Shown here piece by piece: positions 27,046 to 36,376 of a DNA stretch of 44,382 bases. Origin of the DNA: a virus (Duplodnaviria; Heunggongvirae; Uroviricota; Caudoviricetes); the IMG/VR virus record IMGVR_UViG_2740892015_000011, positions 1 through 44,382 of that record; one strand, given 5' to 3'. The notes beneath the pieces are model-generated. The model saw nothing but the letters and a program-made list of their open reading frames with translations. It was not told the DNA's origin and did not search any database. The first letter of the stretch is position 1. Each line of letters opens with the position of its first letter. Made by a program: the position numbers and the translations under genes.

Positions 27046-27759
27046 TCACATTTCTACCACTTTAACTTCCTCATACTCTTCGTACCGCGCCAGGCTTTCA
27101 CATAACGCCAGGCTGTCCATTTCCACGAAAGCTGCTTTAAATGCTGCCCAGTGAGCAGCGTATACCCTAAGCCAGGTTGAACGCTCCACGCTCACCATGC
27201 GGGCCAGTGCCGCCCCCGCATACTCCTGGTACGTATCGTTATTGCGTGATGCAGCAACTTCCTGGGCCGCGAGCCAAACCAGCCCCACTAATTTTTTTGT
27301 GACTCTGTCCTGGAGCTTCTTACTCCCCTGCTGATGCTGAAACTGTGCCCAAACGTACTGGCACATTAAGGTCTGGTACCGGAAAGACAGATCATATCCA
27401 TAGCAATACCGAACCCACGCCTGCAGATGCTCTCCAAGTCCATTCACCGAGCGGCGCCACGCAGAACTCGCAAACTCGGCATCCTTCATAGGGGGTAATG
27501 GGCGTCTACGGCTTCTTGTCTCCAGAACATAAAGCGGAGTGGCCAGCGTTTTTACAACCTTCGCTCCACAACATTCCCCACCCTCCATGACTATTTCTGG
27601 ATGGTGCCGGGGATACTTATTTTTATCTGCTGGTGGATGCTCACTGAACGCCTGCAGCTGTCCCTTCGTCGATCCTGAGAAATCGGCCAGCGCGCGGCGC
27701 AATTCAATACGGGTATATTCGAGTTCTTGTAAATTCATAATGCTCAGCGCTCCATACAA
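27046..27759 (-). CDS. Late-gene antitermination protein Q candidate
   Basis: 237 aa, last regulatory-region gene before the terminator and lysis genes; assignment is positional. Confidence 0.4.
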   Translation of the reverse strand: MYGALSIMNLQELEYTRIELRRALADFSGSTKGQLQAFSEHPPADKNKYPRHHPEIVMEGGECCGAKVVKTLATPLYVLETRSRRRPLPPMKDAEFASSAWRRSVNGLGEHLQAWVRYCYGYDLSFRYQTLMCQYVWAQFQHQQGSKKLQDRVTKKLVGLVWLAAQEVAASRNNDTYQEYAGAALARMVSVERSTWLRVYAAHWAAFKAAFVEMDSLALCESLARYEEYEEVKVVEM

Positions 27760-28821
27760 TTACGCTTTTGTTATTACGCCGATCGCCAACGCTCGATTCA
27801 TAAACCGGAACAGCAGCTCCAGCTGAGTACCGTGTTTTTTCTCAAACGCTGCTAAATCGGCATGTAGTTTGTCGTGACACTCTCTGCACAGAGGGAACAC
27901 GAACAAATCATGTGCTTTTGTGGCGGTACCGCCCATACCGTGACCAATGACATGGTGTGGATCATCCGCTGGCCGCCGGCAACCTTCACACGGCTGGGTT
28001 TTAACCCACCGGGTATAATCCTCATTCACCCACCGACGATGTTTCGGACGTAACATGAATGATTCAGGAGATTCTGGATCCGCATGCAGAGCCAGAATCT
28101 TTGGCTGGTCGTAGACCACTTCCTGATTTGCTCCATGCTTTAATTTCGCAGCCGTGGCCGCAGGGGTGACCTTCTTCTGCAAAATGCTTTTTGCCGGGGG
28201 CATCGGCACAATGTCACTTTCACGATAAACGGATAAAAAAGGCTCATCCGGCATGCGGAGTGCGCGTTGTGCCATCCTTTCTGTGATTGCATCAGCAATG
28301 CCCGAGTAAACGGCCCACCAGCACAATTCGCCGAGGGATAGTTCGCGCTCGGTGTTGTAGCCAAGCGCAGACAGGATCGAATTGATCAGCCAGTTGATGA
28401 GATTTCGCCGGGCCAGTTCTGCCAGCGCCGCGGTGGTCTGCTCGCGCAGCTGGTTATCGCAATGCCAGCAGAGCAGCATTGACCCTGGAGGGTGGCGCAT
28501 TGTTACCAGCTCGCGGTGGTGATAGTCAGCGTGCGGGTACTGGCATTCCTTAACGTTGCGCTCTAACCATGAGTCCAACGCGGATAAACCGCCTGCGGCG
28601 CGGATAACCCTCTCGTCGGAGAAGAATTCCTCGAGGGACTTATCTTCTGCCAGCGGCTGCCTCGCATCAGGGACGAGCCCCGACGGAAGCCCAGCCATAC
28701 TTTTTGGCTGAGGCTCCACCAGCACACGCCCCTGCTGGAACAGTGACATCAGATCGCTACCTGGCTTTAACAACACAAGCCCCAGGCGCGGAACAGTCTC
28801 GGCTGTAAACAGTCCTCTCAC
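27760..28821 (-). CDS. Nin-region protein with C-terminal HNH / zinc-finger motif
   Basis: C-terminal CEGCRRPADDPHHVIGHGMGG...CRECHDKLH. Confidence 0.5.
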   Translation of the reverse strand: MRGLFTAETVPRLGLVLLKPGSDLMSLFQQGRVLVEPQPKSMAGLPSGLVPDARQPLAEDKSLEEFFSDERVIRAAGGLSALDSWLERNVKECQYPHADYHHRELVTMRHPPGSMLLCWHCDNQLREQTTAALAELARRNLINWLINSILSALGYNTERELSLGELCWWAVYSGIADAITERMAQRALRMPDEPFLSVYRESDIVPMPPAKSILQKKVTPAATAAKLKHGANQEVVYDQPKILALHADPESPESFMLRPKHRRWVNEDYTRWVKTQPCEGCRRPADDPHHVIGHGMGGTATKAHDLFVFPLCRECHDKLHADLAAFEKKHGTQLELLFRFMNRALAIGVITKA

Positions 28822-29510
28822 GCGGCATGCCCCTTAGCGATGTGTGCCGTCCACAGGCCGCCGATCCACTCGATGCCTTTAGGTGTAAAACGCGCCTGGC
28901 TGAATGCGTAGTTTGTTTCACTCGTAGTGCCGGTTTTCACTTCAAACCGCCCGGCAGCAATATGCTGGTGCCGCGGTGTCAGTACTCCACCGAGACGGTA
29001 CAAAATGTCGCTCTCAATGAGGAACAAGCGGAAATCTGTTTCTTTGGCCTGCAATAGCTTTGCCACCTGGCGGAATGACATTGAGCCTTTGGCAGTACAG
29101 TACCGATCGACAAACTCAACTTTCGGCGCGGCAGCGGCTAACTGCTGGCTGAGTTGTTCTTTCTGCTCGGCCAGATCCGCGGCGAGACGTAATGCCTCCG
29201 GCAATGTTTGCGGGACACTTACGGCCTGGCTGTTCTCCAGCTCTTGCCAGCGATCGACAACAGCGGCGGTAAATTCTGGCGACAGCCTAGCGACGATCAC
29301 CAGAGAATCACGTTTGTTGAACCAATACTCCTCGTAGGTTTGCCCGTTTTGCGGGTGTGTGTAGGGGGTGTGCGCCAACGGCGCGGTTAAAATACCAGCA
29401 GATGCAAGGCGCTCAGCTGAGCGCTTCACATCACCATGTTTGCTCTGTACCAGCCTGGCAATTTCACGGCTGGACATTGTCACAACACCCTTTGCGGTTA
29501 ACTGATTCAT
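28818..29510 (-). CDS. Rha-family phage regulatory protein / antirepressor
   Basis: ORF track to 29558; probable start MNQLTAKGVVTMSSREIARLVQSKHGDVKRSAERL, which resembles the Rha N-terminal domain. Confidence 0.55.
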   Translation of the reverse strand: MNQLTAKGVVTMSSREIARLVQSKHGDVKRSAERLASAGILTAPLAHTPYTHPQNGQTYEEYWFNKRDSLVIVARLSPEFTAAVVDRWQELENSQAVSVPQTLPEALRLAADLAEQKEQLSQQLAAAAPKVEFVDRYCTAKGSMSFRQVAKLLQAKETDFRLFLIESDILYRLGGVLTPRHQHIAAGRFEVKTGTTSETNYAFSQARFTPKGIEWIGGLWTAHIAKGHAA

Positions 29511-29524
29511 GCTATTTCTCCATA

Positions 29525-31462
29525 TCAGGCGGCTGCACCCGCCTTTTGATTTGCACATAATTCAGGAAGATTTGCTTCTACCAGCGCACGAGCGAACGGC
29601 GGCGGTACTGCGTTACCACAGCGCGCTACCTGCTTGTCTTTGGCGTAACGATTGCCGCGATAGTCCTGATCGATAACGTAGCCGTCAGGGAAGCCCTGCG
29701 CCTTATAAAGCTCATGCGGTTGCAGCATGCGCATTCCGATATCGACGATCTGGTACTTAACCCCCTCGATCGTCACCAGCCATTCATCCTCGCTATCACC
29801 GCAGTAGGTTTCGAGGAATGTCCGGACCTCGCCAACGTGCTGGCCACCAGCGGTAATAGTCGGCATAGGTGTATCCATGGTCTGACCGTCGCGGCAGGTT
29901 CCGCGTAGCTTCACCAGGTGCGACGCAACTACCGCGTGGTGATCAACAGTAGTGACTGAGTGGGCAGGCTCATCCATACCAACACCCGGCCCCGTGTAAT
30001 TCCCACCATAGTGCTTCGCCAGGAACGCGCTCACCGTTGCAAACTTATTACCACCAGCAGTGACCGTGCCGAGCGGGTTATTCAGTTGAATAACACGCGG
30101 TTCTTGCCCTGGGCGTTCGCCGTACCCCATCTGGATCAGTGTTGGAGTTACCAGCTGCGACTTACCGCCACCACCAGCAGTAATCGTCGCGCTCGGTTCG
30201 TCAGCCCTGTGCCCAACACTGGCGCCAAACTGGCGGGCGATGACCGGAGCAACAACGCACGCGCGGGACTGCTTGAGGATTGTATGAGCGGGTTTATCCA
30301 GCGGGCGCGGCTTTGCCTGGTACTCACTGCCGCCATTGCCAGCCAGGAACGGTGTCAGGGCGGCCTCAACTACGCCAAGCGCATGCCCATTCCCGCCTGG
30401 GCGCGCCGACGTACCAGCGGTGACAGTTGGAACCGGCTCGGTCACTGGCTGCCCGGTGGCCCCGGTGCGGAATTTAGTAAGATGCGGTACCGCCAGCGCG
30501 TAGCCATGCTTTTTAGTGATGGTCTGCAATGGCTCTAACAACGATTGCCCGCGGAAACAGTCATAACCTCCTTTCGTCGTGGTGTGGTTACACTTCACGA
30601 TGAAAGGTGATGCACTTTCGATAACAAAGCGCTGGATGCCGCGCGCGATACGTTTGAGCGTATTTTCCGCCAGCGGCTTTTTGCGGTCGAAGATGGAACG
30701 GGCCGGGATGTTCCAGTCAATGCACTCCGCCGCGGTACGCCATGGCGCCAGCTTGCCGCTTTGTACTTCCAGTGATTTTGGATCCCCATGAGTCGCTTCA
30801 GGCCAATGAATCTTGCGGCCGTCACAACGCATGACCATGAAGAAACGCTTTCTGATCGTCGGCGCGCCGTAGTCACAAGCGCGCAGCTCACGATAATCGA
30901 CCTCATAGCCAAGCCCGGCGATCAGCTGTTGCGCCTGCTGGCCGTGCGGCTCAATGGCAAGAAATTCACAAACCTCAGCCAGTGCTGGGTGATTCGCCGC
31001 GATACCAGTCGACAGCATGCCGACAAATGCCTCAAATGTTTCACCAGCACGCTCAGGATCCGGGCGTAATTCTTCATCCAGCAGCGGGCCCCATGTCTTA
31101 AATTCTTCGACGTTCTCCAGCATCATGACGCGGGGACGTACTGACAGCGCCCAGCGCAGGACAATCCACGCCAGCCCGCGAATCTCTTTCTTAACCGGCT
31201 TAGCGCCCTTCGCTTTGGAAAAGTGGCGGCAGTCAGGGCTAAACCAGGCCAGACCAACAGGTTTACCGCTGGTGGCTGCACTTGGGTCAACGTCAAACAC
31301 CGACTCGCAATAATGCAGCGTGTCCGGGTGATTCGTCTTATGCATCGCAATAGCGTTTTCGTCGTGGTTGATAGCGATATCCACGCTACGCCCGATCGCC
31401 AGTTCAATGCCGGTACTCGCGCCACCACCACCAGCAAAGTTATCAACGATAATTTCACGCAT
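29525..31462 (-). CDS. DNA (cytosine-5) methyltransferase, large phage-type
   Basis: Motif I IVDNFAGGGGASTG, catalytic FSPDCRHFSKAKG (Pro-Cys), ENV motif MMLENVEEF; probable start MREIIVDNF... (ORF track extends to 31516). Confidence 0.8.
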   Translation of the reverse strand: MREIIVDNFAGGGGASTGIELAIGRSVDIAINHDENAIAMHKTNHPDTLHYCESVFDVDPSAATSGKPVGLAWFSPDCRHFSKAKGAKPVKKEIRGLAWIVLRWALSVRPRVMMLENVEEFKTWGPLLDEELRPDPERAGETFEAFVGMLSTGIAANHPALAEVCEFLAIEPHGQQAQQLIAGLGYEVDYRELRACDYGAPTIRKRFFMVMRCDGRKIHWPEATHGDPKSLEVQSGKLAPWRTAAECIDWNIPARSIFDRKKPLAENTLKRIARGIQRFVIESASPFIVKCNHTTTKGGYDCFRGQSLLEPLQTITKKHGYALAVPHLTKFRTGATGQPVTEPVPTVTAGTSARPGGNGHALGVVEAALTPFLAGNGGSEYQAKPRPLDKPAHTILKQSRACVVAPVIARQFGASVGHRADEPSATITAGGGGKSQLVTPTLIQMGYGERPGQEPRVIQLNNPLGTVTAGGNKFATVSAFLAKHYGGNYTGPGVGMDEPAHSVTTVDHHAVVASHLVKLRGTCRDGQTMDTPMPTITAGGQHVGEVRTFLETYCGDSEDEWLVTIEGVKYQIVDIGMRMLQPHELYKAQGFPDGYVIDQDYRGNRYAKDKQVARCGNAVPPPFARALVEANLPELCANQKAGAAA

Positions 31463-32789
31463 TGACGGCCCCCTGCATGCTGTTGAAGAGACCACCAGCG
31501 GTCGTGATAATTTCACTCGTCGGCATACGTTCGAGCCACAGCTGGTTGATATTGGCTTTCAGCTTGTTCTGTTGTGAAACAGGTAGAGCGTCAGCACCTT
31601 CAATCTGGTTAAACACCAGGCCAACCTCAAGAGGCCAAACGCGCGATTCGTTTAACGCCTTGTCCTTTGATTCCTGCGTCTCACGTACATGAGCGCGGAT
31701 CCCCCGAATATTTGACCATTTGGCTTTATCCAGGCTTTCCATGGTCGCGATGAATTCACTGTGGTTGATGCCGTATTCTTTCGCAGATTCAACGGCAACC
31801 GTGCGAAGCCGCTCTGACATGTCTTGTTTCACGTCATCGCTATCAAAGGGCAATGTTTCCAGCCATGCATTAACACCCACCAGGATGCTCTCGCTGATCA
31901 GCTTTTTCGCTCTATCGATCGTCAGCGGTGAAACATTGGTAAATTCAGGGTTTTCCAGAGAGTCGGCAGCCCAGGTATGACCAAACTTTGACTCGCTGAA
32001 GGTGTACTCATCTTTCTCGCCGAACGCCGCGACAACACAGGCCCAAGCTTCTACACCACTGGTTTCCAGAATGGCTTTTTGGGTTAATGGCAGTTCTGCC
32101 TCTGATTTCTCCGGCACTACCTCAGCGTCCAGCTCCGGCGCCGCATCAGTTTGCGTTCTTCCCACGGCAAACTGGGCCAGCGACATCGAAGCACGGCCTT
32201 TGGCCTCCAGGTCGGTGCGGTTGATGTAACTGAAACGTTCACCCCGCCATGTTTTGTCGAAGACCACGATAGCGCCAGCAAAAAATGCGCTGGTTGGCTG
32301 CTGCTTTTCGTCTTTCGGCACGAACCATGTAGGAAGATCGAAACCAATTCGGCCACGGATGAATGTGACGTGATCTGCTTCTTCCGGCCACCACGTCTCA
32401 CTCGTCGCAGACTTAATGAGAAAAACGTACCGCCCCCCCTTTTCTCGCATTGCCATAGCGTGGTTAATGATGTGGGTCATTCCGGTAATGGCCTGCTTGT
32501 CGTGATACTGAGAGCGGCTGTAAGGCGGGTTGCCAAACCCGGCACCACCGAGTTCTGCCAGACGCTCAGACCAATCCTGTGTCAGGGCATTATCTTCAGC
32601 CGTGTACCATGCTGGGCACTTCGCGTTGCTGTCGTCGGCAAAAAGGTCCAACACCAGAGGGCCGAACATCGCATTGATACCCCAAAACAACAGATCCGGA
32701 GTGCGCCATTGATCGCCGACCTCTTTCAACTCGTGGGCTGGTCTTGAACGCAGTTCAACCAGCGCACGGCAGTATTTGCTTTCAATCAT
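31455..32789 (-). CDS. Phage Dam-like N6-adenine methyltransferase domain fused to a ~260-aa C-terminal domain of unknown function
   Basis: N-terminal WRTPDLLFWG, DLFADD and GFGNPPYSRS (NPPY) motifs; remainder unrecognised. Confidence 0.6.
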   Translation of the reverse strand: MIESKYCRALVELRSRPAHELKEVGDQWRTPDLLFWGINAMFGPLVLDLFADDSNAKCPAWYTAEDNALTQDWSERLAELGGAGFGNPPYSRSQYHDKQAITGMTHIINHAMAMREKGGRYVFLIKSATSETWWPEEADHVTFIRGRIGFDLPTWFVPKDEKQQPTSAFFAGAIVVFDKTWRGERFSYINRTDLEAKGRASMSLAQFAVGRTQTDAAPELDAEVVPEKSEAELPLTQKAILETSGVEAWACVVAAFGEKDEYTFSESKFGHTWAADSLENPEFTNVSPLTIDRAKKLISESILVGVNAWLETLPFDSDDVKQDMSERLRTVAVESAKEYGINHSEFIATMESLDKAKWSNIRGIRAHVRETQESKDKALNESRVWPLEVGLVFNQIEGADALPVSQQNKLKANINQLWLERMPTSEIITTAGGLFNSMQGAVNA

Positions 32790-33718
32790 CCTCTGAACCC
32801 CTCTGGAATTTTGGTATCTACCGGGCCGAACTTCATCGGGTCATGTTTCTTCTCGCCCCAGCTTTCACGCGGGGGACGGCCTTTTTTATCCCAGCGGATC
32901 CCGCTTTGCAGATAACCCTCAAATTTTTTCGGCCCAAAGAGAGTTTCAGGCCGCATGTACTGATACTGCGCATCGTTGCCGTTCCAGTGTTCATGCTTGA
33001 GGTCAATCACCAGCGTCAAGTCGCTGACGGTATAACCTTCACGCAGACGCGCACGTATGTTTTCCAAAGAGGTTTTAGATTTCTGGTACCGGGAGCCGCT
33101 AACCTGGTTCAAATGAGTTAAAACCAGGATGGCGTTATCAGTGATCAACACTTCAGGGTCTGGTTGCGGCGCAACCGGACAAGAGGGGTTAATGATCTGT
33201 TTGTGATGATCTGAGTAATGATCTGTATAGAGAATAGGTTCCGCGACTTCGCGGTTAGGGTTCTGCGGTTCTGCGTTTTCGGTTCCGTGATTTTGCGGAA
33301 TAGGTTCCGCGACTTCGCATTTCCCGTTCCGCGATTCTGCGGAATCCAGTGTTACAGGGAATAAAACGTTAATTAGCGCTTCGCCGTTAATGCGGTAATG
33401 CGTTTTTTTTGTACCATTTACCTGGCGCTGGGTCTTTTGAACTACGTCAGGAAGCCAACGAGTGCAAATCTTGTTTACCAGGCGCTGTACCTGATCTTCA
33501 CTTACCCCTCGAATCTCAGCGGCAAGCTCACTGTGTTCTTTGTAGAACCAGCCATCATTCAAGTCGGATTTACCCGACCAGAACACAAGTTGGTTTAGAA
33601 CAGCACCTAAGGCATGCGCCTGCTGGTCACCTGAGAAAAAATCGAGGTAAGGCACCGGAATGGTGATGCAGTTCCGTTGTCCCGATAGCGATTGAACGAT
33701 TTCAAATATCTGGCTCAT
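32786..33718 (-). CDS. Replication initiation protein (lambda O-like organisation, iterons within the gene)
   Basis: 310 aa; central linker encodes repeated EVAEPI peptides from the DNA iterons; first gene downstream of the cro-side regulators. Confidence 0.55.
   Translation of the reverse strand: MSQIFEIVQSLSGQRNCITIPVPYLDFFSGDQQAHALGAVLNQLVFWSGKSDLNDGWFYKEHSELAAEIRGVSEDQVQRLVNKICTRWLPDVVQKTQRQVNGTKKTHYRINGEALINVLFPVTLDSAESRNGKCEVAEPIPQNHGTENAEPQNPNREVAEPILYTDHYSDHHKQIINPSCPVAPQPDPEVLITDNAILVLTHLNQVSGSRYQKSKTSLENIRARLREGYTVSDLTLVIDLKHEHWNGNDAQYQYMRPETLFGPKKFEGYLQSGIRWDKKGRPPRESWGEKKHDPMKFGPVDTKIPEGFRG
33191..33345. repeat. Candidate replication origin: ATGATCTG x3 followed by an iteron array (AATAGGTTCCGCGACTTCGC x2 plus TTCTGCGG-type repeats)
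   Basis: Direct repeats at about 33192, 33206, 33218 (ATGATCTG) and 33234..33253 / 33299..33318 (20-mer), with shorter related copies between; all inside the replication gene. Confidence 0.5.
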
Positions 33719-34059
33719 GTTCGTTCGTTATCTCCCTGAATTTCTGCCTGAATAACTCAAGCGGGCTGAAGCATTCGTGCTCATACCCTGCTCGCAGGTA
33801 GATAACACGCCGCGTTTCAGGCTCCCACCGGATAACCCGAACGGGGATACCTCTGTGGTCTTTGAACCTTCGGTTAACTTCGCGCATAAGCGTTTCGCCT
33901 TCCTGTAGTAAACCCCCACAATTGCGACCGCCCGACTGTGGTTACATGGCACCCAGCGGTTTGCTATTCTGCGTTCATACCGAAACAACGGAGCGCCCGG
34001 TACCGGGATCATCCTGAGTTGCGGTAAACGGTTAAAAGCCGTTAAACTGGTCATGCGGA

Positions 34060-34692
34060 TTACTTCTCCATACAAGATTTGTCTGCCACGACGCCCGGAG
34101 CTGCACACTCGCGGGCGTCACCTTTTTCCGGCGCACAAAACACACGGAAAAGCAGCGTCAAATGTTCCTGCCACTTAGCCATCACCTGATAGCTGTTCTC
34201 TTCGATCTGGGCGCGTTCCTGAGCATCAATAACGCCGTCAGCGGTAGCTTTACGAACGTATTGCGAATGCCTGCCGATCCACTCAACTGACTCCATGAGA
34301 CGCTGGTTGATATCGCCGTTCTCAATATCTTCAACATCAGCCAATGGCACAAACACACCGTTCGAGTGACGTGCAATAGCATTCGCTATGTGGTTTGAAC
34401 CACCAGCACGCTGAAGCACCATCGCCCAACCGAGCGGGAAGATCTGATCACCATCGGTACGCAGCCGGTTAAACAGCGCGTTCTCGGTCACACCCAACCA
34501 CTCAGCAGCTTCGGAATACCCGCCAGGAAGCTCGGTGATCGTTTTTTTGATTGCGGCCACCAGCCAGGCTGGCTGCTTATCTACTTTCCATTCAGGTTCT
34601 ATACCCACGGCTAGGTCCTCCCTTCTGTGGTTATTTCTGATCGTTAGGCGCTGTATTCTTGCCATAACGTTCTGGGTTGAATTCCAGTTCAC
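34060..34692 (-). CDS. Regulatory protein downstream of cro (YdaT-like / CII-position)
   Basis: 210 aa; positional assignment; true start may be internal because the ORF overlaps the cro-like gene. Confidence 0.3.
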   Translation of the reverse strand: MNWNSTQNVMARIQRLTIRNNHRREDLAVGIEPEWKVDKQPAWLVAAIKKTITELPGGYSEAAEWLGVTENALFNRLRTDGDQIFPLGWAMVLQRAGGSNHIANAIARHSNGVFVPLADVEDIENGDINQRLMESVEWIGRHSQYVRKATADGVIDAQERAQIEENSYQVMAKWQEHLTLLFRVFCAPEKGDARECAAPGVVADKSCMEK

Positions 34693-34846
34693 CAGCAGTT
34701 CGATACGCAGCTTCAGCAGCTCGTCCTTTAGGGATTAAGCGTCCGGGGCGATTACGCCACTGGTAAACGGCCTCACTGGTGATGCCAAAAAATTCGGCAA
34801 CTTTCTCAGTGCTGCCGAAATGTTGTTCAATCTCGTCGGTTGTCAT
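34631..34846 (-). CDS. cro: Cro-like HTH repressor
   Basis: 71 aa, HTH EKVAEFFGITSEAVYQWRNR; AGGAGG RBS 4 nt before the ATG; divergent from cI. Confidence 0.6.
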   Translation of the reverse strand: MTTDEIEQHFGSTEKVAEFFGITSEAVYQWRNRPGRLIPKGRAAEAAYRTAGELEFNPERYGKNTAPNDQK

Positions 34847-34873
34847 GAAGCCTCCTTAGCTAAGTTTGGTTAG

Positions 34874-34902
34874 ATATTAATAACCAATCTAACTTTGGTC
34901 AA
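34874..34902 (-). promoter_or_regulatory. PR-like promoter for cro (-35 TTGACC, 17-bp spacer, -10 TAATAT) with overlapping operator repeats
   Basis: Read on the minus strand; operator-like inverted repeats TTGGTTA..TAACCAA and CTAAG..CTTAG overlap it. Confidence 0.55.
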
Positions 34903-34945
34903 TAAAAACTAAGATTACTTAGTCTTTTTTAAATTTGGTGCTTTC

Positions 34946-35572
34946 ATGGAAACGGTTGGTCAGCGCATTAAAGCCCTACGCAGGGTTACAAAAACCTCTC
35001 AAAAAGAACTGGGTAAGTTCTGCGGAGTGAGTGACGTAGCAGTGGGTTATTGGGAAAAGGATGTGAATATCCCAAACGGAGAATCGCTGGTTAAGCTGGC
35101 TAAATTCTTCAATACATCAATAGATTACATTCTTTACGGCACTGAATTTGAAGGGACCCTCATAACTAAAATGAGGCGTGTGCCCGTGATTTCTTGGGTT
35201 CAAGCTGGGCAGTTTACGGAATGTAAGGCCGCTGATTTATTCAGTGATGTCGATAAATGGGTTGAAACCTCACTACGCATTGGGGATAGCTCGTTCGCTT
35301 TAGAGGTCAAAGGGGATTCAATGACCAATCCAAATGGCCTCCCAACAATTCCTGAAGGGGCAACCGTTATTGTCGATCCAGATGCCGAACCCCTTCATGG
35401 CAAGATTGTTGTTGCGCGTATTGATGGCACTAACGAAGCGACTGTTAAAAAACTGGTCATTGATGGCCCACAAAAATTTTTAGTCCCACTAAATCCTCGC
35501 TACCCCAACATCCCGATCAATGGTAACTGCCTCATTATTGGAGTAGTTAAAGGCGTTCAGTACGAACTCTAA
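34946..35572 (+). CDS. cI: CI-type prophage repressor (HTH-XRE plus S24 LexA-like peptidase domain)
   Basis: N-terminal HTH (IKALRRVTKTSQKELGKFCGVSDVAVGYWE) and C-terminal S24 motifs (KGDSM ... VKK). Confidence 0.85.
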   Translation: METVGQRIKALRRVTKTSQKELGKFCGVSDVAVGYWEKDVNIPNGESLVKLAKFFNTSIDYILYGTEFEGTLITKMRRVPVISWVQAGQFTECKAADLFSDVDKWVETSLRIGDSSFALEVKGDSMTNPNGLPTIPEGATVIVDPDAEPLHGKIVVARIDGTNEATVKKLVIDGPQKFLVPLNPRYPNIPINGNCLIIGVVKGVQYEL

Positions 35573-35626
35573 TCCCCTTCCGCTCTTCCTCTAAGCATCA
35601 AGCTAAGTTTAGTTTGATGTTTTCGC

Positions 35627-35655
35627 TTGACCAATAAACTAAGTTAAGTTAGATT
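35627..35655 (+). promoter_or_regulatory. PL-like early promoter (-35 TTGACC, 17-bp spacer, -10 TAGATT) with operator repeats
   Basis: Flanked by the same CTAAG / TTGACCAA motifs found at the cro promoter. Confidence 0.45.
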
Positions 35656-35786
35656 TTTTTCTGTCGACACCAAACCACCGCGCCTGATGTGGTTAAAAGC
35701 AGGCCAAAGCAATATGAAGTGATCCCTGTTCTGGCTGTTCACTTTCCCCTGAGGGTGACAGCCAGCTTTTTAAGGGCACAACGTGA

Positions 35787-35867
35787 AAGCGCACTCCATC
35801 AACTATCGGTTGTGGATGACAGGTAAGTAAACAGGCGGAGTGCGCTTCCAGTTGTGATGAATTGCAG
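35787..35867 (+). ncRNA. Structured leader element, copy 1 (candidate cis-acting or small RNA)
   Basis: 5' box CACAACGTGAAAGCGCACTCC and 3' box GGCGGAGTGCGCTTCCAGTTGTG are complementary over about 12 bp and enclose about 45 nt; strand inferred from promoter context. Confidence 0.35.
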
Positions 35868-36119
35868 CCCTTTGAGGCAACCAGAAGATAAGCACCTGGC
35901 GTCACAGCACTATTGAACATGGCGAAAGCCGAAAGACTTGAAGGCGGTTTTCTCAGGTTGCGCGCTAAAGAATAGCGGGGAGAACCTGGGGCGGAGAGCA
36001 AACCCCGCGATGCAGGACTTGAAATACCTCACAGACCAATAAGCCGTCTGGCAGCGTAACTGCCCTTTACATCAGCCCCGGCGAGGTGGCGCCGACGGAC
36101 CGGGGCTGATGAATCGCAA

Positions 36120-36196
36120 CACAACATGAAAGCGCATTCCTCTTTTCACTGATGGGGATCGGTTTGTTACCTGGCGGAGTGCGCTTCCAGTTGTGG
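36120..36196 (+). ncRNA. Structured leader element, copy 2
   Basis: Same boxes as copy 1 (3' box identical over 23 nt); one stem position changes from C-G to U-G, keeping the pairing. Confidence 0.35.
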
Positions 36197-36354
36197 TAAT
36201 GCGGCTCTGCGCACGTGACGAGGCCAATAAGTTTATTTCAACTTTGAAATGAATACGTTTCTTAAGGTGTAGCGTCGTCGGTTCTGGCCGGTCCGGCAGG
36301 TGGAGGCACCACCGCCACAACAACATCATTGCTGTGTGTAGTCTTTGCCCATCA

Positions 36355-36376
36355 CATCGGTGGGCACCTTTTTTAC
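36355..36376 (+). terminator. Rho-independent terminator in the early-left leader
   Basis: TGCCCA-TCACATCGG-TGGGCA followed by CCTTTTTT, about 160 bp upstream of the first early-left gene. Confidence 0.45.

Noticed and set aside
29960-30538. 192-aa plus-strand ORF antisense to the C5 methyltransferase
   Set aside because: Antisense shadow ORF inside a gene with clear catalytic motifs.
33728-34108. 126-aa minus-strand ORF between the YdaT-like and replication genes
   Set aside because: Overlaps the upstream gene in another frame and has low-complexity Arg/Gly-rich composition; a 61-aa ORF at 33702..33887 is marginally more plausible but also unsupported.
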